In this document: positions 8,944 to 18,505 of the stretch, piece after piece
How the letters are laid out: every line of letters begins with the position of its first letter
Position numbering within the stretch: the first letter of the stretch is position 1
Assembly: GCA_021785915.1 (NCBI GenBank)
Contig: JAJYEF010000003.1
Coordinates: forward strand, 1-38,262
Length of the DNA: 38,262 nucleotides
Direction of reading: 5' to 3'
Origin: a bacterium
GTDB taxonomy: Bacteria; Patescibacteriota; Microgenomatia; Levybacterales; UBA12049
Translations under genes and position numbers: made by a program
The notes under the pieces: generated by a model
The model's database searches: none
Told to the model about the DNA's origin: nothing
The model's input: the letters and a program-made list of their open reading frames with translations, nothing else

Positions 8944-9725
8944 TACTGCCTATTTTTCTATTTATAATTGGACTTTTTTTCGGTTCTTTTTTTGGGGTTT
9001 TAGTAGACAGGATTCCCAAAGGTAAAAGTTTTGTAAAAGGCAGATCATATTGTGATTTCTGCAAAAAAACACTCGGATGGAAAGACTTAATTCCGGTTAT
9101 TTCGTTTATAGCCACAAAGGGAAAGTGCAGATACTGCCATAAATCCTTACCCTATTTTTACCCCATCATAGAGCTTGTAACAGGATTATTGTTTGCATTT
9201 GTTTATTATTTTTCAAATTTTCAATTTTCAATTTTCAATTTTCAATTAATATATAACCTTATTGTCGTTTCAGGTTTTATTGTTATTTTTTTTACGGACC
9301 TTAAATACGGAATTATTCCCGACGGGATACTTTTAGTGCTTGCGTTAACTGAAATTATATTTTTACTTATAAGTGGAAGTTGGATGATTTCAGTTAACCA
9401 TGTGGTTTCTGCAGTTTTGAGTTTTGCTTTTTTTATTGCAATTAATTATACCTTTTACTTTGTGACAAAAAAAGAAGGTATGGGCGGAGGTGACATCAAA
9501 CTCTCTTTTGTTTTGGGATTATTGCTGGGGTTTCCCGGGATCTTCGTGGGTCTTTATTTGGCTTTCTTGACAGGGGCCCTTGTTTCAACCATACTGGTTT
9601 TATGGAGGAAAAGGCTCGTAAGGGACAGGCTGGCATTCGGTCCATTTTTAATATTTGGAGCTTTTGCAGGACTCTTTTGGGGGGCGGGCCTTTATTCTTT
9701 TTTCCTGAAGCTTCTAGGAGCATAA
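8940..9725 (+). CDS. pilD: prepilin peptidase PilD (A24)
   Basis: GSFFGV, RSYCDFC, GKCRYC, YPIIEL, FTDLKYGIIPD, GMGGGDIKL, AFGPFL. Confidence 0.95.
   Translation: MILPIFLFIIGLFFGSFFGVLVDRIPKGKSFVKGRSYCDFCKKTLGWKDLIPVISFIATKGKCRYCHKSLPYFYPIIELVTGLLFAFVYYFSNFQFSIFNFQLIYNLIVVSGFIVIFFTDLKYGIIPDGILLVLALTEIIFLLISGSWMISVNHVVSAVLSFAFFIAINYTFYFVTKKEGMGGGDIKLSFVLGLLLGFPGIFVGLYLAFLTGALVSTILVLWRKRLVRDRLAFGPFLIFGAFAGLFWGAGLYSFFLKLLGA
9210..9245 (+). repeat. heptamer tandem repeat (TTTTCAA)x5 inside pilD
   Basis: TTTTCAA A TTTTCAA TTTTCAA TTTTCAA TTTTCAA, translated as FSNFQFSIFNFQ. Confidence 0.9.
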
Positions 9726-10225
9726 AGAGGTTTTCTAACCGCAGGGGGTTTACATTGATAGAGCTTCTTATCGCCATTGTGATTATGGGTGTAATGGCAA
9801 GCCTTATTTTTTTAATCTTAAATCCCGTTACCCAGCTTAACAAAGCAAAGGATGCACAAAGGGAACAGGATTTCAGGCAAATCGTAAACGCACTTGATAC
9901 TTATTATAACGACCACAACTATTTTCCCGCAACTTTATCTTTCGGTTCCTCATGGGTGCCGTATATGCAAAAAATTCCCCAGGACCCGGACTGCGTACAG
10001 TACGGGAAATGCTATGGATATCTTGCAAATTCGGCAAATTCGCAGTGGAATGTGTTGTTTGGAAAAATTTCCAATATTACCAACATAGCTATTCCCTGCC
10101 CGCTCACCCAGATGAGCAACTGTCTTCCTATAAATTACGGTTCAAGAGGCTACAATTTTTGCGTTGTATCGGGAAAAGTTGGAGCGTCAGAATGTTCTTA
10201 TATAAGTACAAATAGCGTTCCTTAG
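9722..10225 (+). CDS. pilin/pseudopilin (GspG-like); start codon uncertain (ATA 9722, TTG 9677 or ATG 9602)
   Basis: KRFSNRRG|FTLIELLIAIVIMGV; KAKDAQREQD...ALDTYYND...FP; PQDP. Confidence 0.8.
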   Translation: MKRFSNRRGFTLIELLIAIVIMGVMASLIFLILNPVTQLNKAKDAQREQDFRQIVNALDTYYNDHNYFPATLSFGSSWVPYMQKIPQDPDCVQYGKCYGYLANSANSQWNVLFGKISNITNIAIPCPLTQMSNCLPINYGSRGYNFCVVSGKVGASECSYISTNSVP

Positions 10226-10238
10226 GTAGCGGATTTGA

Positions 10239-10254
10239 AATTTGCGTGCAAATT
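10239..10254. promoter_or_regulatory. palindrome AATTTGC-gt-GCAAATT in the intergenic region before pilin 10270
   Basis: Perfect 7-bp inverted repeat directly after TTGAAA (10235-10240). Confidence 0.4.
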
Positions 10255-10269
10255 GTGTTTAAATAAATT

Positions 10270-10779
10270 ATGGACTTAAAGAAAAGGTTTGGCTTTACCC
10301 TCATCGAAATAATAGTCGTCGTGGCGGTTATAGGAGTTTTAGCAAGCGCGATAATTGCAATTTTGGATCCTTTTACCCAGATTCAAAAGGCGCAGGATGC
10401 AAGAACAAAGTCGGATCTTGCACAAATCCAGAGAGCGCTTGAAGCGTATTACCAGGATAACGGTTTTTATCCGGCTGACTGCGGGGTAGGCAACTATCAG
10501 ATTATGTCCGGTGGCACTTGTATAGCCTGGGGACAGCCATGGTCTCCCTACATGGATACGCTTCCAAAGGACGGGAACCCCGCGCATACATACGTTTATT
10601 ATCAGGTGCCAGGTGGACAAGCGTACTATTTATATGCTAATCTGGGTAGAGGAACCAAGGATCCGCAGGCTTGCACCAGCGGCGTATGCACAAGTCCGGG
10701 CGGTTCGGGGATAAATATGAGTACGGCATGCGGAGCGCCTTGCAATTTCGGGCTCTCGAGCCCTAATGTTTCGCCATAA
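10270..10779 (+). CDS. pilin/pseudopilin (GspG-like)
   Basis: MDLKKRFG|FTLIEIIVVV; KAQDARTKSDLAQIQRALEAYYQDNGFYP. Confidence 0.9.
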   Translation: MDLKKRFGFTLIEIIVVVAVIGVLASAIIAILDPFTQIQKAQDARTKSDLAQIQRALEAYYQDNGFYPADCGVGNYQIMSGGTCIAWGQPWSPYMDTLPKDGNPAHTYVYYQVPGGQAYYLYANLGRGTKDPQACTSGVCTSPGGSGINMSTACGAPCNFGLSSPNVSP

Positions 10780-11225
10780 TGAAAATAAAGAATCTTAAAA
10801 AAGGTTTTACGCTAATAGAACTTTTGATAGTTATTGCCATAATAGGGGTATTAGCCACACTTCTTATGGCTAATTTTATAGGCGTAAGACAAAGAGCTAG
10901 GGACGCACAAAGGAAGTCAGACCTAAGGCAGATCCAGTCGGCTTTGGAAATGTACCGTTCGGATAACGGGTCATATCCGCTTACGGCAAATTTCCCTTCG
11001 TGTGGGAGCGCTTTTACATATAACGGGAATACTTATATGTCCAAAGTTCCATGTGATCCGATGTCATCCGGTACCAATCTGATAAACTATACCTACACGA
11101 GTGCCGCCGGATCAACATATTCAATAACTGCGTGTTTGGAAAATACAAATGACTCTCAGGCAACAGGCGGTTCGTGTACCATTAACGGCGCAACCGGTGT
11201 CCAGTTCACGGTCAATAATCCATAA
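10779..11225 (+). CDS. pilin/pseudopilin (GspG-like)
   Basis: KKG|FTLIELLIVIAIIGVL; RARDAQRKSDLRQIQSALEMYRSDNGSYP; PCDP. Confidence 0.9.
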   Translation: MKIKNLKKGFTLIELLIVIAIIGVLATLLMANFIGVRQRARDAQRKSDLRQIQSALEMYRSDNGSYPLTANFPSCGSAFTYNGNTYMSKVPCDPMSSGTNLINYTYTSAAGSTYSITACLENTNDSQATGGSCTINGATGVQFTVNNP

Positions 11226-11239
11226 AATGTCATTGTTAA

Positions 11240-11734
11240 ATGATGAAAAAATACCTTCCTAACTTTTCCTCAGGATTTACGATTATTGAACTTTTAATTG
11301 TATTTGCGATAATCGCGGCTCTTTCCTCAATTAGTTTGGCATCCTACGTTACATACAGTAGGCAGCAAACGGTAGACCAGGCAGCAAACGACCTGATAAA
11401 CACTCTAAATACGGCAAAATCTGATGCTTATACCCAGAAAAAACCGGACGTACCCGCTTGCAACAGCGGTCTTTTGCAGGGATTCCAAGTAAATATTAAT
11501 ATTTCTGCAGGAGAATATTATCTGCAGGCAGTCTGTACGGGAGGTGCTCCCTATACACTAAGCACCACTACTCTGCCCGCCGGACAGCTTAATTTTGACA
11601 ATTCTTCGGTAACGAATGTTTTTTTCCAGGTCCTTTCAGGCTCGGTTAACGGAACCGGAAATATTATAATCCACGGTTATAATAATGCTTATACAAGGAC
11701 AATAAGCGTTGATTCGGCCGGCGTTATTCAATAA
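11240..11734 (+). CDS. minor pilin, FimT/FimU/GspH-like
   Basis: SG|FTIIELLIV; AANDLINTLNTAKSDA; C-terminal ISVDSAGVI. Confidence 0.8.
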   Translation: MMKKYLPNFSSGFTIIELLIVFAIIAALSSISLASYVTYSRQQTVDQAANDLINTLNTAKSDAYTQKKPDVPACNSGLLQGFQVNINISAGEYYLQAVCTGGAPYTLSTTTLPAGQLNFDNSSVTNVFFQVLSGSVNGTGNIIIHGYNNAYTRTISVDSAGVIQ

Positions 11735-11736
11735 TT

Positions 11737-12222
11737 ATGATTGCTATTAAAAACAAAAAGGGACAAACTTTAATAGAGGCGGTGGTAGCCTTGGGAGCAG
11801 CAGTAGTCGTGATCACATCGATCGCCATAGCTGTTATAACTTCGGTCAATAATGCGGATTTTAGTAAAAACCAGAACCTGGCAACGCAGTATGCACAACA
11901 GGGAATGGATTCTATGAGGCATTTAAGTGAATCCGACTGGAATAGTTTTTCTACCTACGGCGGAAGCTATTGCACGACCGACGACCCTACAAATTTGACT
12001 CCAAAAGGAGGAACCTGTCAGACCATGGACTCTACAAGCGCTTTTAAAAGGGAAATAGATGTTACATCGGAGCCATTGGCTGCCTCTAACTGCGCCGGGA
12101 ATGTGCTTGTAAAAGTGATAGTTTCATGGAATGACGGAAAATGCACTACCAGTTCTTTTTGCCATTCCGTTGAACTTGACTCCTGCCTTGCCAACATAAA
12201 TAATTATTCCTCCGGAATATGA
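11737..12222 (+). CDS. minor pilin, PilV/GspI-like
   Basis: KG|QTLIEAVVAL; ATQYAQQGMD; VKVIVSW. Confidence 0.75.
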   Translation: MIAIKNKKGQTLIEAVVALGAAVVVITSIAIAVITSVNNADFSKNQNLATQYAQQGMDSMRHLSESDWNSFSTYGGSYCTTDDPTNLTPKGGTCQTMDSTSAFKREIDVTSEPLAASNCAGNVLVKVIVSWNDGKCTTSSFCHSVELDSCLANINNYSSGI

Positions 12223-12824
12223 AAAAAAAATTACTTGCTAATAGAATAAGAGGTTATACGCTTATAGAGCTTCTCGCCGTAATGGTCGTAATGATTGCAA
12301 CGGGAACAATTATTACGTCAATACTTGTAACCACTTTAAGAGGGGGAAACAAGGGAAATACCACGAACAATGTAAGGCAAAACGGTAATTACGTCATAAC
12401 CCAGATGACAAAAATGATCGCTTACGCTAGAAGTTTCGACGGAGTAAGTACCGACGGAACCACTTATTCCCCGGATTGTACGGTAACTATCCCCCCTCCC
12501 CCAAATCCGACGCCGACCCCAATCCCCTATAAATACATAAAAATAACTTCGTTTGACGGTGGTACGACGATATTCAGCTGTAACGGGTCAACAGACATCC
12601 CTCCATATACCATAGCCTCCCAGTCTGCCCTTTCTTCAACTGGGCAATCCCTGATAGACAGCTCGTTGAGGATTACTTCATGCGTGTTCTATTGTTCCCA
12701 GGACAATATTTCCGCGAGCCCGAGAATTGATATAGATTTTACGATTACTTCGGGAGCAGCCTCACTATTTGCTGAATCAAAATCTTCGATATCCTTCCAG
12801 ACTTCGGTTACGCCAAGAAATTAA
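12219..12824 (+). CDS. minor pilin, PilW/GspJ-like
   Basis: RG|YTLIELLAV; C-terminal FQTSVTPRN; Pro/Thr-rich insert. Confidence 0.75.
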   Translation: MKKKLLANRIRGYTLIELLAVMVVMIATGTIITSILVTTLRGGNKGNTTNNVRQNGNYVITQMTKMIAYARSFDGVSTDGTTYSPDCTVTIPPPPNPTPTPIPYKYIKITSFDGGTTIFSCNGSTDIPPYTIASQSALSSTGQSLIDSSLRITSCVFYCSQDNISASPRIDIDFTITSGAASLFAESKSSISFQTSVTPRN

Positions 12825-12839
12825 TTTTAATAAAAATAG

Positions 12840-12869
12840 TTGACAAGCGTTTAGGATACTTGCTACTCT
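12840..12869 (+). promoter_or_regulatory. internal promoter before pilX-pilMNO, TTGACA-18-(TGc)TACTCT
   Basis: TTGACA 12840-12845; TG-c-TACTCT 12861-12869; ATG 12882. Confidence 0.55.
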
Positions 12870-12881
12870 ATAGCTAGCTTT

Positions 12882-13709
12882 ATGTTTTTGGCACTAAGGA
12901 GTCTTAAAAACCAAAGGGGACAGGCTCTGTTGATAATTGTTCTTGTTATGGTTGTAGCGCTTACTGTAGGGCTTTCAGTAGCCACAAGGACGATTATTAA
13001 TTTAAGGAACACCCAACAACAGGCAGACTCGCAGAAAGCTCTTTCTGCGGCAGAGGCGGGCATAGAGCAGGCAATTAAGAATCAGACTTCGGCAGAAGGT
13101 ACATTCGGAACAGGAGGTCAGGCAGTAAGTTATGCCACGACACTACAAGACATTTCCACTTCGGCACCGTTTCTTACCAACGGCGGAAATCAGGTTTCGA
13201 AAAATGACGCAATCTATGTATGGCTAAGCCCCTATACTTCTAATTTTACCCAAACGTGGCCCAATGGGGACCTTAAAATTTATTGGGGAGAGGACCCAAA
13301 TCCCTGTAATAATGCCGCGTTGGAAATAGCCGTCATATCGGGATCAAAAGCGACGCCGAGTATTGCAAGATACGTGTTTGATCCCTGTCCGTCAAGACAG
13401 GCAGCGAATAATTTTTACCCAATAACTTCTGCCGGGACTACAACAATTTCGGGTAAAACGCTTTATTATGAGGTCCAAGCAGGTATAACACCGAATTTTC
13501 CCACTATTTCTAACGGCATGCTTGTAAGAATTGATCCGATTTACAGCAACGCGTATATAGGAGCTTATGGAACCAATTTGCCTCCCCAGGGGACAATTTA
13601 TACCTCCATAGCTACAACAAGCGCTAATATCACAAGAAAAGTACAAGTGTTCCAAGGATACCCCGAAATACCTGCCGAATTTTTCCCTTATATCCTATTC
13701 CAGCCCTAA
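12882..13709 (+). CDS. minor pilin, PilX/GspK-like
   Basis: QRG|QALLIIVLV (no Glu5); ALSAAEAGIEQA. Confidence 0.85.
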   Translation: MFLALRSLKNQRGQALLIIVLVMVVALTVGLSVATRTIINLRNTQQQADSQKALSAAEAGIEQAIKNQTSAEGTFGTGGQAVSYATTLQDISTSAPFLTNGGNQVSKNDAIYVWLSPYTSNFTQTWPNGDLKIYWGEDPNPCNNAALEIAVISGSKATPSIARYVFDPCPSRQAANNFYPITSAGTTTISGKTLYYEVQAGITPNFPTISNGMLVRIDPIYSNAYIGAYGTNLPPQGTIYTSIATTSANITRKVQVFQGYPEIPAEFFPYILFQP

Positions 13710-14744
13710 ATGAATAAAAAAGGTTTCGGTTTCGATATTGGTGCAACCTCCATAAAGCTTGTCTGGCTTGAGGGAGGGGGCAAAAAATTTATACTAAAGG
13801 CGGCTTCCATATCGCCTGCTCCTCCCAAGGGAATTATGTCAAATTCTCCCCTGGACGAGGAGGAGATGTCCCAGGCAATAGCAAAAGCAGTAAGAGACGC
13901 AGGGGTGGGCACAAAATTTGTAAACGTTGCTCTTCCCGAAAACCAGGTTTATACAAAAGTTTTGGATATGCCTGTTTTATCCGATAAGGAACTTGCTTCA
14001 GCAATTTACTGGGAGGCGGAACAATATATTCCAGTTCCTCTACAGAACATTACACTGGTATGGAATGTTTTAAAAAGGCCTAATCAACCTTCATCAACCG
14101 ACAAGATGCAAGTTTTAATGGTTGGTGCCCCAACGGTTTTAGTCAACAAATACCAAAAAGTAATACAACTTGCGGGCCTTCAAATAAACGGAATGGAGAC
14201 AGAAATACTTTCCACCCTTCGCTCGCTTGTGCTTGACAGTTCATTCCCAACAAGCCTTGTCGTAAATATTGGAGCAGTAAGTACATCATTTGCAATAGTA
14301 CGGGAAGGAATAATGGCTTTTACGTATTCAATGTCGATCGGAGGAGCCGCCATCAACAGAGCCATAGCAACCGATTTTGGTCTTACGCCGCAACAGGCGG
14401 AGGAATATAAAAGGGTATACGGCGTATCAGGAAAATCTTTGGGAGGGAAAATAGGAAGAGCGACAGAACCTATCCTTAATTCGATATTGGCGGAAATAAA
14501 AAAATCAATCGCTTTTTATTCCCAGAAATATAAAGATGACCAGCCGATAAGACAAATAATTCTTTCCGGAGGCACCGCAAAACTTCCGGGCATAGAACTT
14601 TTCTTCGTTAACAACGCGGGTATTGAAACTGCAATTGCTAATCCTTGGAAAATACTCGCATCCCAACAAATTCCAAAAGAAATACTTGACAATGCTTCAG
14701 ATTACACAATTGCGGCTGGGCTTGCAATGAGAGATTATGAATGA
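13710..14744 (+). CDS. pilM: type IV pilus assembly protein PilM
   Basis: GFDIGATSIK, WEAEQYIP, VNIGA, IILSGGTAKLPG, ANPW, AAGLAMR. Confidence 0.95.
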   Translation: MNKKGFGFDIGATSIKLVWLEGGGKKFILKAASISPAPPKGIMSNSPLDEEEMSQAIAKAVRDAGVGTKFVNVALPENQVYTKVLDMPVLSDKELASAIYWEAEQYIPVPLQNITLVWNVLKRPNQPSSTDKMQVLMVGAPTVLVNKYQKVIQLAGLQINGMETEILSTLRSLVLDSSFPTSLVVNIGAVSTSFAIVREGIMAFTYSMSIGGAAINRAIATDFGLTPQQAEEYKRVYGVSGKSLGGKIGRATEPILNSILAEIKKSIAFYSQKYKDDQPIRQIILSGGTAKLPGIELFFVNNAGIETAIANPWKILASQQIPKEILDNASDYTIAAGLAMRDYE

Positions 14745-15270
14745 TATCAATCTTGTTTCGGGTAGATCGCTGGATATCGAAAAACAGGCTAAACGTTTAA
14801 AACTGCTAAGAATTTTTGCTATATTGTCCCTTTTGATAGTAGCTCTTGTTTCAATATTTTTTTTTATATTCACAGTAAGCCTTCCTATAAATTCGGTCAA
14901 GCAAAACGAACAACAGACTCTATCCAATATTTCCGGTTTGCATAAAAGGCTTGCATCGTACGTCCTTATCAAAGACAGATTGACCAGCATACAATCGCTT
15001 ATCCAAAAGCGCACAAACTACCCTCAGGTCGTAAACACAATTATTTCGATGGTTGATCCTCAGCTTACGGTACAGAGTTTTGATATAGAAGCAGGTTCGA
15101 TAACGATAACAATAACTGGAGGTTCGCTTACCCCCATTAACCAATTTATCAACGATATGTTAAATTTGGCAAATAATGGAAAATTAATTAAGAATTTGTC
15201 TATCCAGAGTCTGTCTTTCAGCGGCGCGGTGAATAAATATACATTGGTTATGCAGTCGGACCTGCTTTAA
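14737..15270 (+). CDS. pilN: PilN-like alignment protein
   Basis: N-terminal INLV motif, single TM, position after pilM. Confidence 0.75.
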   Translation: MNDINLVSGRSLDIEKQAKRLKLLRIFAILSLLIVALVSIFFFIFTVSLPINSVKQNEQQTLSNISGLHKRLASYVLIKDRLTSIQSLIQKRTNYPQVVNTIISMVDPQLTVQSFDIEAGSITITITGGSLTPINQFINDMLNLANNGKLIKNLSIQSLSFSGAVNKYTLVMQSDLL

Positions 15271-15276
15271 ACAAGT

Positions 15277-16083
15277 ATGGATATCAAGGATATAAAATTA
15301 GAAGACGTTAAAGATTTGAACATGGATAAAGGCTTGCTTCTCGTAAATTACAGGAAATACAAGGATTTTATTTTACCTTTAACCGTGATTTTTGTGAGCG
15401 TAGCGATTCTTGTATTTGTTTTAATTCCCCAAGCCAATCAATATCTTTCCCAACGCGGACAATTGGATACGGAAAACCAGAAACTTACTCTTTTGAAAAA
15501 CAATTACAATTTTTTAAGCAATTTGGATCAGCCTACTTTGGATTCCCAACTCGGCACTTTATCCAAAGTTCTTCCCCCCGATAAGGATTTCGTCGGAATC
15601 GTAACCGCGATTACGACGGTATCTTCAAAGACAGGCGTCTCGATAGGCGATTTTAGCTTCGTAGTAGGAAATCTTTCCAACAACTCAAATGGTTCGAATT
15701 CTTCGCCAAATATAGAGGTGCAGTTAACGCTAAAAGGTGATCCTAAGTCGATTTCAACGTTCTTGCTCGAACTTTATAAAACAGCGCCCGTAGTGGAAAT
15801 TAAAAAAGTGCAAGTGGGCGCGCAGGGCTCGACAATTTCAGTCCTCTTTTATTATAAGCCTTATCCGCCTCAGAACGTGGGCGATGCTTCTCCGGTAATT
15901 CCGCTTACCGCATCAGACAACAAACTTCTCGGTGATTTTTCTTCATGGAATAACATTACCCAGCAGGCTCAATCTCTATTTCCCAATTTAAACTTGAATC
16001 AGAGTACTCCGGGGAGTATTAATTCTTCGGGTTCCGCTTCTTCAACATCACCGCAACCCGGGGGTACTACTTCTCCGTTTTAA
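15277..16083 (+). CDS. pilO: PilO-like alignment protein with Ser/Thr/Pro-rich tail
   Basis: TM plus coiled coil, LP motif, position after pilN; 3' end overlaps convergent trmD by 17 nt. Confidence 0.7.
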   Translation: MDIKDIKLEDVKDLNMDKGLLLVNYRKYKDFILPLTVIFVSVAILVFVLIPQANQYLSQRGQLDTENQKLTLLKNNYNFLSNLDQPTLDSQLGTLSKVLPPDKDFVGIVTAITTVSSKTGVSIGDFSFVVGNLSNNSNGSNSSPNIEVQLTLKGDPKSISTFLLELYKTAPVVEIKKVQVGAQGSTISVLFYYKPYPPQNVGDASPVIPLTASDNKLLGDFSSWNNITQQAQSLFPNLNLNQSTPGSINSSGSASSTSPQPGGTTSPF

Positions 16084-16750
16084 TAAGGTCCGGCCTTAGT
16101 TTTCTGGTAATTTCAAGACTTTTTTCCTCTCTCCATTTTTTTATGTTCGCATGGTTGCCCGTTAAGAGAATTTTCGGGACTTGATGTTTCCTGTACACTT
16201 CCGGTTTAGTATACTGAGGGTATTCAAGAAGAGGGGAAAAAGATTCGTTTTGTGAGGAATCTTCTTTGATCACGCCTTTTATAAGTCTTGCAGTACTGTC
16301 CGCAATAAGCATTGCGGGAATCTCTCCTCCGGTTAGTATGAAATCTCCTATAGAAATTTCCTCATCCACATAATATTTAATCCTTTCGTCAAATCCTTCA
16401 TAGTGTCCGCATACGAGGATCAGGTTATCAAGTTTTGAAAACTTTTTTGCAGTATCTTGGTTAAATTTCTTTCCATGGGCACTTAATAATATTACTTTCT
16501 GTTTATTTTGAGACACATTTTTTAATTTCGCATTTTCTATTGCTTTTTGAACTACGTCTACCCTTAGCACCATTCCATATCCTCCGCCGTAAGGCGTGTC
16601 GTCCACGACTCTATGTTTTCCGAGCCCAAAATCCCTCATGTTTATATAGTCAATTTCTATTAGTTTTTTTTCTATCGCACGTTTTATTATAGAATGGCTG
16701 AAAGGGCCGTCAAACATTTCGGGGAAAAGCGTTACTATAGAGATTTTCAT
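16067..16750 (-). CDS. trmD: tRNA (guanine37-N1)-methyltransferase
   Basis: TLFPEMF, VDDTPYGGGYGM, CGHYEGFDER, SIGDFILTGGE, LEYPQYTKP. Confidence 0.97.
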   Translation of the reverse strand: MKISIVTLFPEMFDGPFSHSIIKRAIEKKLIEIDYINMRDFGLGKHRVVDDTPYGGGYGMVLRVDVVQKAIENAKLKNVSQNKQKVILLSAHGKKFNQDTAKKFSKLDNLILVCGHYEGFDERIKYYVDEEISIGDFILTGGEIPAMLIADSTARLIKGVIKEDSSQNESFSPLLEYPQYTKPEVYRKHQVPKILLTGNHANIKKWREEKSLEITRKLRPDLIKTEK

Positions 16751-16755
16751 ATCTC

Positions 16756-16992
16756 TTAGGAGTTTTCTGAAAGGTTAATGAATATTTTTTTATTTTCTTT
16801 TATTGCGGGGATTTTGATAACATTTCTTATCGCTTTTATAATTTTTCCGTTTTTTCCTATTACCTTTCCCATATCTTCTTTTGCGACATTCACGGTAAAA
16901 TTTATTACCCCCTCCGATTCATCTTGCGTTACCGAAACTTTATCCGGAGTATCTACAATAGAAGATAAAATATATATTAAAGTGTCTTTCAT
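16756..16992 (-). CDS. khpA: KH-domain RNA-binding protein KhpA (UPF0109)
   Basis: DMGKVIGKNGKIIKAIR; located between rpsP and trmD. Confidence 0.9.
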   Translation of the reverse strand: MKDTLIYILSSIVDTPDKVSVTQDESEGVINFTVNVAKEDMGKVIGKNGKIIKAIRNVIKIPAIKENKKIFINLSENS

Positions 16993-17213
16993 TAAACTAT
17001 TTTTTCAATTGCGGGAGTAGGAATAGCTCCCTGCGCAATCCAGTAATCATATCTTTTTTTATCCAGTTGCTTTTTACCGTTTTTGCCTTTTTCATACCAA
17101 CCAAGAACTTCGATTGATTTCCCGTCCCGCCTGGATCTTTTTTCTTTAACAACGACCCTAAATTTTCTTTCTCCTTTTTTTCCTGTTGTTGATGATCTTA
17201 TTATAAGTGACAT
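16992..17213 (-). CDS. rpsP: 30S ribosomal protein S16
   Basis: FRVVV...SRRDGKSIEVLGWY; YWIAQGAIPT. Confidence 0.93.
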   Translation of the reverse strand: MSLIIRSSTTGKKGERKFRVVVKEKRSRRDGKSIEVLGWYEKGKNGKKQLDKKRYDYWIAQGAIPTPAIEKIV

Positions 17214-17220
17214 AGTAGAT

Positions 17221-17229
17221 ATTTTACCA
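17221..17229 (-). promoter_or_regulatory. extended -10 TGGTAAAAT, 7 nt before rpsP ATG
   Basis: Minus strand: TG-g-TAAAAT atctact ATG. Confidence 0.6.
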
Positions 17230-17231
17230 TT

Positions 17232-17918
17232 TTAGGCTTTTTTACTCAAGGGTTTCTGGGATTTTAATTGTTCCAGTGCTTTTTCGGCGGCGGCTTCCTC
17301 GGCTTCTCGCTTTGATTTTCCGGTGCCCTCCCCAACAAATACATTATTTACATATGCGCCGATTCGAAATCTTCTCGCATGCGCCGGGCCTGTTTCCTCC
17401 AAAACTTTATAAATGGGAGATTCCTGTCTTCTCGACTGGACATGTTCCTGAAGAAGGCTTTTAGGGTCTTTAAATGATCTTTTTTTCTCAATTTCGTCTA
17501 CCTTTGGAATTAAAACGACATTTATGAATTTTTTAGTTTGTTCTATCCCTTGGTCTATAAAGAGTGCGCCAGTATAGGCCTCAAAGCAGTCGGCCAGTAA
17601 ACTCTGGTTTTGTCTTCCTTTTGATTCTTCCTCTCCCCTTGAAAGTTTCAGTAAATTTCCAAAACCAAGCTCACGCGCGATTTGGGCAAGACTTCTGGTG
17701 TTAACTACCAATGAACGCAAATTAGTCAAAATACCTTCATCATAGTAAGGATATTTTGCGAAAAGGTATTCGGACACGATAAAGGAAATTATGCTGTCGC
17801 CCAAAAATTCGAGCCGTTCATTTGAAGATAATTTTTCTTTTGTCTCGTTTAGGTAGCTTCGGTGGATAAAGGCCTGTTCAAAAAGTTTTTTGTTTTTAAA
17901 TTGAGGCAAGTTTATCAT
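17232..17918 (-). CDS. rnc: ribonuclease III
   Basis: [10 protein letters not shown] signature; [11 protein letters not shown]; ds[11 protein letters not shown]...GPAH. Confidence 0.97.
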   Translation of the reverse strand: MINLPQFKNKKLFEQAFIHRSYLNETKEKLSSNERLEFLGDSIISFIVSEYLFAKYPYYDEGILTNLRSLVVNTRSLAQIARELGFGNLLKLSRGEEESKGRQNQSLLADCFEAYTGALFIDQGIEQTKKFINVVLIPKVDEIEKKRSFKDPKSLLQEHVQSRRQESPIYKVLEETGPAHARRFRIGAYVNNVFVGEGTGKSKREAEEAAAEKALEQLKSQKPLSKKA

Positions 17919-18261
17919 CTTTTATCATTTTTCCCAAAGCTCCGTTTATAAACTTTGGGCTTTTCTCCCCTCCGTATTCTTTAGCAAGTTCTATTGCTTC
18001 ATCTATTATAACCTTTGGCGGCTGGCTTTTGTCAATTAATAGCTCATAAAATGAAAGTCTCAATATTGCAAGATCAATCCTATTTATTTTTTCTATCGGA
18101 AACTCGGGAGCTGCTTTGGTGATCTCTGTGTCTATAAAATCGACGTGACTTAAAATCTCTTTAGTATAGTCCGATACCGGTTGTTTGTGGAATTCTAGCT
18201 TGAATAGATCTTCGACGGCTTTTTGCCTTTTTTTGTGTCTGGGGTCGAGCGGATTTTTCAT
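17896..18261 (-). CDS. nusB: transcription antitermination factor NusB
   Basis: [29 protein letters not shown]. Confidence 0.93.
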   Translation of the reverse strand: MKNPLDPRHKKRQKAVEDLFKLEFHKQPVSDYTKEILSHVDFIDTEITKAAPEFPIEKINRIDLAILRLSFYELLIDKSQPPKVIIDEAIELAKEYGGEKSPKFINGALGKMIKDDKLASI

Positions 18262-18264
18262 TTT

Positions 18265-18498
18265 TTACTTACTTTCCTGCTCGCTTTTGGCGACTCTTTT
18301 TTTCTCTCTTTCTTCTTTTGTTTCTATGTGGACAACTTCGATCCCCTTATAAAAACCGCAATATTTGCAAACGGTATGTGGCACAACAGCCTTGCCGCAG
18401 TTAGGGCACTTTACAGACGCTGTAACCGACAGCCTTATAGCTGCCCGTCTTTTTCCCTGTCTTTGTCTTGAATGTCTTTTTTTAGGTTCTTGGGGCAT
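18265..18498 (-). CDS. rpmF: 50S ribosomal protein L32 (Zn-ribbon form)
   Basis: PKKRHS...RR; CPNCG...PHTVCKYCGFYKG. Confidence 0.95.
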   Translation of the reverse strand: MPQEPKKRHSRQRQGKRRAAIRLSVTASVKCPNCGKAVVPHTVCKYCGFYKGIEVVHIETKEEREKKRVAKSEQESK

Positions 18499-18505
18499 AA
18501 AGAGT

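Noticed and set aside
16750-16760. Absence of rimM between khpA and trmD
   Set aside because: It could lie elsewhere in the genome; cannot be judged from this window
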